Under the pieces are notes generated by a model, which saw only the letters and a list, made by a program, of their open reading frames with translations, searched no databases and was not told the origin of the DNA. A DNA stretch of 64,000 bases. Source: Candidatus Amesbacteria bacterium GW2011_GWC2_45_19 (lineage in GTDB: Bacteria > Patescibacteriota > Microgenomatia > CAZETR01 > Amesbacteraceae). Every line of letters begins with the position of its first letter. The stretch's first letter is position 1. Below, piece by piece: positions 55,673-64,000 of the stretch. A program made the position numbers and the translations under genes. The DNA lies in contig LCKS01000001.1 in NCBI GenBank assembly GCA_001001555.1, positions 82,066 through 146,065 on the forward strand, given 5' to 3'.

Positions 55673-56437
55673 ATGAAAACATTAGCAGTTATTGGCGGCA
55701 GTGGAACGTTGGGGTCTGATTTGGTTCAATATTTTTCAACTAAATTTGTTGTTATATCAATAAACAGAGGTAATTATCGGGATCAAATAGGAAAACTTTT
55801 TGATGTTGTGATAAACGCAAATGGGAATAGTAAGCGTTTTTGGGCAAACCAAAATCCCGTAGAAGATTTTTTCGCTTCTTCTGCTTCTGTAATCAAAAGT
55901 ATTTTCGATTTTCCTTGCGACGTTTATATTTATATTTCCTCTCCAGATATATACGAGAACCACAGTGAACCTAAGTACACTAAGGAAAACGTGCAAATTA
56001 ACCCAAAAAGACTAGAACCGTATGGACTTCATAAGTATTTAGCAGAGCTCATTGTAAAGAAATATAAAGAAAAATTTCTTATCTTAAGACTTTCGATGTT
56101 TCTTGGGAAAAAATTAAAAAAGGGACCAATTCACGATGTCATCAAGGATAACCCGATTTACGTTACTCTTAACTCAAAACTCCAACTTATAAGCACTTTT
56201 GCAGTCGCCGAAGTGATCGAAGTCCTCCTGAATAAATCTATCAGAAATGAAGTCTTTAATGTCGGTGGAGTTGGAACTTTCTCCTTTTTGGATGCAAAAA
56301 AACTTTTAAAAAAGAATATCCAGGTCAGACCAGACGCAAAGAAGCAGTTATACGAAATGGATACCAATAAACTAAAACGTTTATATCCAGCTTTAAAAAC
56401 CTCCGAGGAATACTTGCGACAGTTTCTATTAGTGTAG
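55673..56437 (+). CDS. NAD-dependent epimerase/dehydratase family protein
   Basis: GGSGTLG, YISS, YGLHK..AE, ILRL. Confidence 0.75.
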   Translation: MKTLAVIGGSGTLGSDLVQYFSTKFVVISINRGNYRDQIGKLFDVVINANGNSKRFWANQNPVEDFFASSASVIKSIFDFPCDVYIYISSPDIYENHSEPKYTKENVQINPKRLEPYGLHKYLAELIVKKYKEKFLILRLSMFLGKKLKKGPIHDVIKDNPIYVTLNSKLQLISTFAVAEVIEVLLNKSIRNEVFNVGGVGTFSFLDAKKLLKKNIQVRPDAKKQLYEMDTNKLKRLYPALKTSEEYLRQFLLV

Positions 56438-56465
56438 AGTTTCGTGTTACAATTTATCTGTTTTC

Positions 56466-57614
56466 ATGAGCGTTAAAAAGAAAAATTACACATTAAGCGA
56501 AGATCTGATTCGGCCATGGTCGACATTTGTTCCCAAGCAAGCAGCGATTGAAGTGTCCAAAACTTTGAAATCAAAATGGATTAATACGGGAGTCAAAGAA
56601 AAAGAGTTAAGAGAAAAAGCTTGTAAAAAATGGAGCTTTCGCTACTGTGTTGCTGTCTCCAATGGGACTGCCGCGCTAAGGTCCAGCCTTGCGATGCTGG
56701 GAGTTGGTTCTGGTGATGAAGTGATTTCTACTCCTTTCACTTTTATTGCTACAAATACAGCAATTTTAGAACAGAGAGCAGTACCTGTTTTTGCTGACAT
56801 CAAATACGATGATCTTAATATAGATCCCAAAAGCATTGAGAAAAGAATCACTTCAAAAACAAAAGCAATCATGGTGGTTCATTACGGCGGAAACCCCGTT
56901 GATTTAGATGAAATACGAAAGATAGGGACAAAATACAAGCTTCCTTTAATTGAAGACGCAGCTCACGCCTTAGGGAGTAAGTACAAGAATGATTACATTG
57001 GTTTAAAAGGAGAACTTGTGTGTTTTTCTCTGCAAGTTGTAAAAATCATCACCTCGGGAGATGGCGGTTTAATCGCAACTTCTAACCAAGATTATTATCA
57101 AAAACTCAAAAAAATCATTTGGTACGGCATTGATAGAGAGGAAAAAAAAACAAATCTTATAGATCCCTTGCCCAATAACTTTAAAGGTGACGTGCTCGGC
57201 TTTAAATATAATATGAACGACATAACAGCTACTTTAGGGATAGTTGGAATTGATCACTTCAATGAGGCGGCCAAAAAAAGAAAAGTCATAGGCGAGCGCT
57301 ATAGAAATGAGCTCTCAGGGCTACCAAAAATAAAGCTCATGAAGTACCATGCTGACCGAAGCCCCAATTATCAGATATTTCCAGTTCATGTTGAAAACCG
57401 TCTGCGCTTTGCAACATACTTAAGGGACCAAAATATCATGGTAAACATCAATAATCGCAGAAATGATATATATCCAATATTTGGCGGCCTTAGGAAAGAT
57501 CTTACATCAACCGCGCGAGCTGATCAGGACGTTATCCTCCTCCCAATACATGCTGACCTTACCCAACGGCAAGTGGACCATATTATTAAACATGTTAAAG
57601 AAGCCGTTAGATAA
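56466..57614 (+). CDS. DegT/DnrJ/EryC1/StrS sugar aminotransferase
   Basis: SNGTAAL, FTFIAT, IEDAAHALG, FSLQVVKIITSGDGG (PLP lysine). Confidence 0.9.
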   Translation: MSVKKKNYTLSEDLIRPWSTFVPKQAAIEVSKTLKSKWINTGVKEKELREKACKKWSFRYCVAVSNGTAALRSSLAMLGVGSGDEVISTPFTFIATNTAILEQRAVPVFADIKYDDLNIDPKSIEKRITSKTKAIMVVHYGGNPVDLDEIRKIGTKYKLPLIEDAAHALGSKYKNDYIGLKGELVCFSLQVVKIITSGDGGLIATSNQDYYQKLKKIIWYGIDREEKKTNLIDPLPNNFKGDVLGFKYNMNDITATLGIVGIDHFNEAAKKRKVIGERYRNELSGLPKIKLMKYHADRSPNYQIFPVHVENRLRFATYLRDQNIMVNINNRRNDIYPIFGGLRKDLTSTARADQDVILLPIHADLTQRQVDHIIKHVKEAVR

Positions 57615-57625
57615 ATTAGTTGAGG

Positions 57626-58777
57626 ATGAATAAGTCAATTGTCTATATCAACTACTCACCCTACGAAAATTCAGGAAAAATACTAGACTACCTGCTTGAT
57701 AATTTTGTTAACGTATTTCATTTTTCTATAGGGTTTCATAATTTAAAAAATAAAAAAAATTACAACAGACTAATAATTTTCAAAAACGGAAAATTAGAAA
57801 AAGAATTCGTCCTCTTTCAACTACCCATACCCTCATCACTTGTGTTTATATTGCTACCAATTAGGTCACTAATCAATTTTCTTCAGATTATTAGATATAC
57901 GGTTTGGCTCAAATACAAATATAAGACAATCAACATCTATTTCACAGTCAATGCGTTCATTGCCTGGATCGGAAATCTCCTTAGAGGTTTTGGGGTTGTA
58001 GAAAAAACCGTCTTTTGGGTTTGGGATTATTACCCGCCTATTCATGAAAATAAAATCATCATGCTTATGAGGTATGTTTATTGGCAATTTGACAAGATTA
58101 GTTCCTACTCGGATAAGGTAGCTTTTGTTAACCACAGATTACTTAATTTACGTAAAGACATGGGGATTTATGAAAGAAATGCCAAACATCCAATTATCCC
58201 AATCGGAACCGATAAATTTGCATACACCAAAAGGAAAAATGCCAAGAAAGTAATATTTGGGTTCATAGGTGTGCTTAAAAAGAGCCAAGGACCCGGAATC
58301 ATTTTTGATCACTCTCACGCATTGTTCAAAAAATTTAAAACCTTTCAGTACGAAGTTGTCGGGTCAGGTCCGGATGAGGAATATTTAAAACACAGAGCGT
58401 ATGAAACAGAAGTCCAAACTAAGTTTTATGGCTATCTTGAAGGCGAATCGTTTAATCAGGTTTTGAACAGATGCACTATTGGTATAGCCACTTATATTCC
58501 TGATCCGAGTAATGTTTCCTATTATGGGGACCCCGGAAAAATTAAAAGATACATTAGTCTAGGGTTACCTGTTATATGTACTGATGTCTTGGAGTTTTCA
58601 AGAGAAATAGAGAGATCAGAATCAGGAATAATCGTTAATTACGATGATTCCAAAGCGTTTGTAGCCGCCGTTGGAAAAATTATGTCAAAATACCCTTTTT
58701 ACAGCAAGAACGCGTACAAATTGAGTCAAAAATATTACTACAAAAAAATTTATCCTGAGATGTTTGACCTTAACTAG
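57626..58777 (+). CDS. GT4-like glycosyltransferase
   Basis: FIGVLKKSQG, GSGP, PGKIKRYISLGLPVI. Confidence 0.75.
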   Translation: MNKSIVYINYSPYENSGKILDYLLDNFVNVFHFSIGFHNLKNKKNYNRLIIFKNGKLEKEFVLFQLPIPSSLVFILLPIRSLINFLQIIRYTVWLKYKYKTINIYFTVNAFIAWIGNLLRGFGVVEKTVFWVWDYYPPIHENKIIMLMRYVYWQFDKISSYSDKVAFVNHRLLNLRKDMGIYERNAKHPIIPIGTDKFAYTKRKNAKKVIFGFIGVLKKSQGPGIIFDHSHALFKKFKTFQYEVVGSGPDEEYLKHRAYETEVQTKFYGYLEGESFNQVLNRCTIGIATYIPDPSNVSYYGDPGKIKRYISLGLPVICTDVLEFSREIERSESGIIVNYDDSKAFVAAVGKIMSKYPFYSKNAYKLSQKYYYKKIYPEMFDLN

Positions 58778-58810
58778 TAAAATTCTAACCATTTTGTATA
58801 ATCTGGTTAA

Positions 58811-59719
58811 ATGGCCGCTAAATCAGAAAGACGAATTTTAATTACGGGAACAAGTGGATTTATCGGATCAACGTGCATTCATACATTAGCTGGTAGAAAA
58901 GATTACTCACTAGTTTGTCCTTCATCGGCGCAGATGGACATAACTAACAAGCATGCAGTAGAAGACGCAGTAAAACAATATCGACCGGATACTATTCTAA
59001 ATTTTGCAGCCCACCGAAACGCTAACACAGCAGAAATCCAGAGAGGCGACGAAGAAGGCAGTGCCTGGATGATAAATGTTGTAGGAGCCAAAAATCTTGC
59101 CGAAGTCTGCAATATATACAGAATATATTTGCTTCACGTTTCTACAGATATGGTTTTTAGTGGAAAAGAAACGCGGAAGGGACCATACTCCGAAAGTGAT
59201 ACACCCGAAAATGATCCCAACAATCTATCCTGGTATGGTTGGACTAAAAGACTGGCAGAACAAGCCGTCATTTCAAATGAGAACGCTTGTGTTGTGAGGA
59301 TAGGCAATGTGACTAAACCCATCTATGATCCTAGTTTAGATTATATTGGAAAAATTCAGTGGCTCTACGATACAGGTAATTCATACCCGCTTTTTCATGA
59401 TCAAAATATAACTTTGACATACATACCTGAACTTGTAGATTCAATGATACAACTAATTGATGCCAGAATGAGTGGTGTATATCATGTAGCAAGCGACAAC
59501 GTTACTACTCCGGTGGAGCTGGCTAAGTATTTGATGTCTAATGTGCGCCCAGATAGAAATAAAATCAAAGAAGTCCGTATCGACGAATATCTTAGTGCGC
59601 ATCCAAACAGATATCCCAAAGATGGTGGATTGAAAAGTCAAAATACTCAAAAAAAACTAGGAAAAAAGTTTAGATCATGGCAAATGATAGTAGACTGTTT
59701 TATTAAATACGCCACATGA
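58811..59719 (+). CDS. dTDP-4-dehydrorhamnose reductase (RmlD)-like SDR
   Basis: TGTSGFIG, VSTDMVFSG, YGWTK..AE. Confidence 0.8.
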   Translation: MAAKSERRILITGTSGFIGSTCIHTLAGRKDYSLVCPSSAQMDITNKHAVEDAVKQYRPDTILNFAAHRNANTAEIQRGDEEGSAWMINVVGAKNLAEVCNIYRIYLLHVSTDMVFSGKETRKGPYSESDTPENDPNNLSWYGWTKRLAEQAVISNENACVVRIGNVTKPIYDPSLDYIGKIQWLYDTGNSYPLFHDQNITLTYIPELVDSMIQLIDARMSGVYHVASDNVTTPVELAKYLMSNVRPDRNKIKEVRIDEYLSAHPNRYPKDGGLKSQNTQKKLGKKFRSWQMIVDCFIKYAT

Positions 59720-60744
59720 CAAGAATGATTAAATGGCCAAAGGTATCATTCATTTTGCTCACATTAAATGGTGGAGACGGCATTCGTAAATGCCTAGAAT
59801 CACTTAAAAAACAATCATACCCTGCTGATCTGATTGATGTCGTAGTCATCGATAACGGATCAAAAGACAACAGTGTTGAAATAGCTAAAAGCCTTGGAGG
59901 AAGAGTATTCATCCACCCTGAAGGAAATTTATATTCCAACTGGGTAAGAGGGCTTCATAAAATTAGAGGGGACTTCGTTTTTTATTTAGAACAAGATATC
60001 GTTCTAAGGGGGAGAGATTTTATCAAAAACATGATCAAACCCCTTCTTGACGACAACCGGCTGGTTGCAACGTTCACTAAGGAATATCCGCATAAAAACA
60101 TGCACTGGGTTCCCAGGTTTCTTTCTTATCACTATTGTCAGTGCGATCCGCTTTTAGAATTTCTTTTTTTGCCTGTGGAAAAATCTTTTATCGAAAAAAA
60201 GAACGGCTATATTGTATGTAAATACCAAGACAAAAAAATCCCACCGGCCGCTCGTATGTTTTATAGAATCAAGTATTTAAAAAAGACACCTAACTGGACC
60301 ACAAAAAATTATTTTGATCATGATTTTATTATTAATTGCGTGCGGTCAGGTTATCCTTATTTTGCCTATGTTCCCGAACCGGGTTATTACCATTACCATG
60401 CTAGGAACTTACAGCATTTAATGCAAAAGAGAGTCCGTAACATGGGTATGCATTTCTTTCCTGAATATGGAAAATATCATTACACCATCTTGAATACGAA
60501 GAATAAACATGAAGTCCTGTGGTTAATTTTGTTCGTCATTTACGCCAATCTCTTTTTTCCTGCCGCAATAAGAGGGTTTATTCGCTTTCTGAAACATAAG
60601 GATTGGGCGCTCTTGATGGAACCTGTCATTACATTAGCGATAACAGACTCGCTTTTACTCGCTTTTCTAAAAGACAAGAGTGGTAGGAAGTTTATAACCG
60701 ATTCCATAAATTCATTTATTAAGGTTCAGCCTGTCGCATCATAA
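59716..60744 (+). CDS. GT2 glycosyltransferase
   Basis: VSFILLTLNG, IDNGSKD, EQD; distant paralog of 36717-37724. Confidence 0.82.
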   Translation: MTRMIKWPKVSFILLTLNGGDGIRKCLESLKKQSYPADLIDVVVIDNGSKDNSVEIAKSLGGRVFIHPEGNLYSNWVRGLHKIRGDFVFYLEQDIVLRGRDFIKNMIKPLLDDNRLVATFTKEYPHKNMHWVPRFLSYHYCQCDPLLEFLFLPVEKSFIEKKNGYIVCKYQDKKIPPAARMFYRIKYLKKTPNWTTKNYFDHDFIINCVRSGYPYFAYVPEPGYYHYHARNLQHLMQKRVRNMGMHFFPEYGKYHYTILNTKNKHEVLWLILFVIYANLFFPAAIRGFIRFLKHKDWALLMEPVITLAITDSLLLAFLKDKSGRKFITDSINSFIKVQPVAS

Positions 60745-60749
60745 TTTCT

Positions 60750-62750
60750 ATGCTTAGGAAATTAATACTGTTTATATTGATCCCGTTTCTTTTGACGTCA
60801 ATTTGGTTTGGACCAAGAAAAATTATTGCCCATGCCGAAGAGGGTTTACTCTTTTTTAATCCAATTAGGACGTATCTAATTTCATCGCATCTCTGGCAGG
60901 ATACAGGATTGGGATTTGTTAATCTGTTCTCAACACCACGAATAACGTTGTATATATTCTCTGCTGGACTAAGCAGCTTAAAAATTTCCAATTTTGTTGT
61001 TCAACAATTGATTTTCTTTTTGTTAATTTTAGTACCGCTAGTATCAATACCCCCCCTGACTAAACTATTGTTACCTGACTCGAAAAGCAACGTTGGTACC
61101 TACGCTGCACTATTTTATGTATTTAACTTATTTTTTGTTTCCCAGGTTCTGCAGCGATTTATTATAGAGTTATTTTTTTTGTGGTCATACCTTCCACTAT
61201 TTATCTACCTTTGGGTTAGATGGTTAGAGTCGAGTAAGCTAAAGTATCTTATATTATTAATCCTTTCGTCCGTCATTTATTCTACATCCTTCGCAATTAT
61301 TGCTTCTGTTTTCGCACTTTGGATACCAGCCGGGGTTTTATGGTTAAAGTATCGAAGATTTCCACCCTTGATAGTTGGGGCCGTAATTTGGTTTCTGGCA
61401 GCAATTTGGTGGTGGTATCCATTAGTTGTCATAAAAGATAATCCTTATAATCAATTTTTAAACTCAGCTCAAAACCTAATCTCACTTGTAGATGTCAGTA
61501 AATACTATTCTAATTCCGACATTTTATTATTAAAGCAAAAATACTATTTTTCTCCCCAAACTATCTGGTTCAACTTTTTTTCCCGCCCACCCATAAATTA
61601 TCTTAGCTGGGTTTTTCCCATCTTACTCGCTGTGGGTTCAATTTGGGCTATCAGATCTAGATCAAGCAGGCTTTTAATTATCTGGCTTATAGTGGGTTGG
61701 TTTTTTGTCAAAGGAGCCAATCCTCCCTGGGGTACCCAATTTTACGAATGGTTGTTTGAAACCCTTCCGTTCACCATGGTCGTACGCAATCCATACGAAA
61801 AACTTGGAGTAATTTTTCTCCTTCCTTATTGTTTGCTCATGGCACTGGGATTGTCCAGGATACCAATTCGTTTTGTTCGAGTAGTCATTGTCTTTGCTGT
61901 GTGCTTCTTCTTGTTAAGGCCAATGTGGAACGGCCAGGTTTTTACGGGATATCAGGTTAAAGTTCCTCTGTCTTACGAGCTAGCAGACCACTATCTCAAC
62001 TCTCAGAGTAATCTTCGCCTCCTTCACTTGCCTTTTGTTCATGGATCTGGGGTAGGATATAACTGGGGGTATTTGGGAGACGAACCTTCAGAATTTACGT
62101 TCGATCGGCCTTCTTTGTCCAAAACATACAATTTCTCAGGCGATCCTTATATGCTAATTTATCAATACTTACGCTCACCAAACGTTTATCGGATTCTTCA
62201 GCAATTTGCCATAGACACCGCGGTTTTACATAAAGACATTTTGCCAGGAGTGACTTTACAAGAAAATTATGCAGGTGCCAAAGCAATGATCGGACTGATG
62301 GAAAAGGTTAAACTTACAAAATCATTTGATGATCTGGATATATACCAACTTGAAGACGCGCCTGTAGACTGGGGCTACTTAAGCAACAACATTACAGAAG
62401 TAAAATCATTAAAAGAGGGCTTAGATATGGTTTTAAACAATGAGAGGTTTATTCCTCTTTACTCAGCTTTTACCTTGCGAACAGACATTCCGAATATAAA
62501 ACAATCAATTCTTCCACAATATCAAATTAATAAGATTTCGCAAGTTCACTATCAATTTCAAATCTACAATGCCGCCTCACCCTATTTTCTTATCCTTTCT
62601 AATAGTTTTAATCCCCTTTGGATTGCTAGGATCAATGGATTAATCGTCACAGACCATTTTCAAATAAATGGTTACGCTAATGGATGGCTTATCAATAAAA
62701 CTGGGAATTACACAGTTGATATTACATTCAAAGTCTGGCCATGGGATTAA
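60750..62750 (+). CDS. Large GT-C-like membrane protein (YfhO/AftD-like)
   Basis: Multi-TM; AALFYVFN, KG..PP, RNPYEK; C-terminus SFNPLW..NGYANGW. Confidence 0.65.
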   Translation: MLRKLILFILIPFLLTSIWFGPRKIIAHAEEGLLFFNPIRTYLISSHLWQDTGLGFVNLFSTPRITLYIFSAGLSSLKISNFVVQQLIFFLLILVPLVSIPPLTKLLLPDSKSNVGTYAALFYVFNLFFVSQVLQRFIIELFFLWSYLPLFIYLWVRWLESSKLKYLILLILSSVIYSTSFAIIASVFALWIPAGVLWLKYRRFPPLIVGAVIWFLAAIWWWYPLVVIKDNPYNQFLNSAQNLISLVDVSKYYSNSDILLLKQKYYFSPQTIWFNFFSRPPINYLSWVFPILLAVGSIWAIRSRSSRLLIIWLIVGWFFVKGANPPWGTQFYEWLFETLPFTMVVRNPYEKLGVIFLLPYCLLMALGLSRIPIRFVRVVIVFAVCFFLLRPMWNGQVFTGYQVKVPLSYELADHYLNSQSNLRLLHLPFVHGSGVGYNWGYLGDEPSEFTFDRPSLSKTYNFSGDPYMLIYQYLRSPNVYRILQQFAIDTAVLHKDILPGVTLQENYAGAKAMIGLMEKVKLTKSFDDLDIYQLEDAPVDWGYLSNNITEVKSLKEGLDMVLNNERFIPLYSAFTLRTDIPNIKQSILPQYQINKISQVHYQFQIYNAASPYFLILSNSFNPLWIARINGLIVTDHFQINGYANGWLINKTGNYTVDITFKVWPWD

Positions 62751-63487
62751 AATCAAAAAAATTTAAAGACTGGACTATTTCATATTTTAATGAAGTCGAG
62801 TTAAATGAAATGTTAAAAGAACTATACGAGAAAAAATATTATCAGTTTGATACCTCAAAACCAGACCCGGTTATATTTGACGTTGGAGCCCTGATTGGTG
62901 AAACAGTTTTATATTTTAAAGAGCGATTTCCGCGAGCGAAAATCACGGCTTTCGAACCCAGTCCACGCAGTTTCTCTCTGCTCAAAAAAAATATCAGCAG
63001 AAACCGCGTTACCGGCGTCCGGTTACTTAACTTGGCAGTAGGCAAAGTTGCTGGCAAAATGGATTTCTACATAGACAAAAATGAAAACGTACCCTGGGGT
63101 AGGGGAGACTCCCTGAAAAATACAAAATTCACCAATCCGTCAATCTCAAAAACGGTTAAAGTTCAAGTAGTTCGACTTTCCAAATATATCAACGCTAATG
63201 TCGACTTGCTAAAATTGGACGTGGAGGGAGCGGAAACGGAGATCGTCTGCGAAATTGAAAAAAAACTCAAATTTGTTAAAAACATTATTCTCGAATTCCA
63301 TGAGAGCGTCTACAACCCCGAAAACAAGTTCTCGATCGTAATTGGCGTTCTTAAAAAAAATGGATTTAGAATAAGCATTTATCTTGGTAAATGGCCGTTG
63401 CCGGAGATCGCGGTAATTTTGGCCAGAGTCGTGCTAAAATTAGTGAGTATCGACGAATATTGGCTGCGCATTTATGCAAAACATTAA
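62741..63487 (+). CDS. FkbM-family methyltransferase
   Basis: FDVGALIG, AFEP, LKLDVEGAE, LEFH. Confidence 0.9.
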   Translation: MGLKSKKFKDWTISYFNEVELNEMLKELYEKKYYQFDTSKPDPVIFDVGALIGETVLYFKERFPRAKITAFEPSPRSFSLLKKNISRNRVTGVRLLNLAVGKVAGKMDFYIDKNENVPWGRGDSLKNTKFTNPSISKTVKVQVVRLSKYINANVDLLKLDVEGAETEIVCEIEKKLKFVKNIILEFHESVYNPENKFSIVIGVLKKNGFRISIYLGKWPLPEIAVILARVVLKLVSIDEYWLRIYAKH

Positions 63488-63509
63488 TGAACATTTTATT
63501 TCGTCAGCT

Positions 63510-64000
63510 ATGAAAGTTATAATCCTGTGCGAAGGTTTTGGTACTAGATTGTCGTCAATTATTTCCGATAGACCCAAACCTTTAGCCCCGATTGCGGGAA
63601 AACCTTTTATAGAGCACATCATAAAGTGGCTTTGTAAATACGGCTACAGAGACATAATTTTCTGCGTTAGTTATAAAGCTGAACAAATTGTAAAATTTAT
63701 AGGAGATGGTAAGAAATTCGGCATCAAGGCAACATATTCCCAAAGGGCCCAACCTTCAGGGACAGGCGGAGCTATCAAGTTTGCCGGTCGATTGTTGCAA
63801 GATAAAAATGAAAGTGTATTAGTACTTAATGGAGACACTTTATTTGACATTAACTTGAATAAATTTGTAGAATTTCACGATAAAAACAAATCGTTTGCAA
63901 CTATCGCCCTTAGTCACGTTTTGGATGTGCATCAATATGGAGAAGTCAGTATCGATTCCGGATATCAACTAATCAAATTCAGCGAAAAAAATCCAGAAAG
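63510..64000 (+). CDS. Sugar-phosphate nucleotidyltransferase (HddC/GDP-sugar pyrophosphorylase-like), cut by the window end
   Basis: Absent from the ORF track; manual translation gives MKVIILCEGFGTRL...PKPLAPIAGKPF...GTGGAI...LNGDT...FSEK. Confidence 0.8.
   Translation, partial: MKVIILCEGFGTRLSSIISDRPKPLAPIAGKPFIEHIIKWLCKYGYRDIIFCVSYKAEQIVKFIGDGKKFGIKATYSQRAQPSGTGGAIKFAGRLLQDKNESVLVLNGDTLFDINLNKFVEFHDKNKSFATIALSHVLDVHQYGEVSIDSGYQLIKFSEKNPE

Noticed and set aside
55300-61180. A8-A9 and T8 homopolymers (e.g. near 55301, 57142, 61173) as phase-variable tracts
   Set aside because: They are expected in AT-rich Lys/Phe codons, the frames are intact, and there are no long poly-G/C tracts.
1-64000. 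Numerous 60-150 aa ORFs antisense to or out of frame within the long genes
   Set aside because: They are shadow ORFs with no recognisable motifs, fully overlapping well-supported CDSs.
1-64000. Alternative genetic code (TGA=Gly) or stop readthrough to explain the split genes
   Set aside because: TGA repeatedly ends genes in ATGA overlaps, and both breaks are frame changes rather than in-frame stops.

Overview
The whole window is one dense cell-surface glycosylation locus. Gene content, ATGA-coupled genes and the lack of Shine-Dalgarno motifs suggest a Patescibacteria/CPR (Microgenomates-like) bacterium; this is inference, and TGA is used as a stop (code 11). It holds about 17 multi-pass GT-C-fold membrane glycosyltransferases (ArnT/PMT-, PIG-V-, GT87- and YfhO-like), about 6 polyprenol-phosphate glycosyltransferases (GT2), 2 GtrA flippases, a Wzx flippase, many soluble GT2/GT4 enzymes, 2 FkbM methyltransferases and, in the more AT-rich right half, nucleotide-sugar enzymes. 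Layered on top are: (i) two toxin-antitoxin cassettes, each bracketed by 28-38 bp direct repeats that duplicate the end of a host gene; (ii) a RAYT transposase with three copies of its REP-like motif; (iii) palindromic mini-elements and heptamer tandem repeats sitting in frame inside genes; (iv) an RlmN/Cfr-like radical SAM enzyme lacking both catalytic cysteines; (v) a possible STT3/AglB-like transferase directly after Wzx; (vi) leaderless -10 promoters, including a perfect palindromic bidirectional one. No rRNA, tRNA or CRISPR array was seen. All family calls are by motif recognition only; no searches were run.
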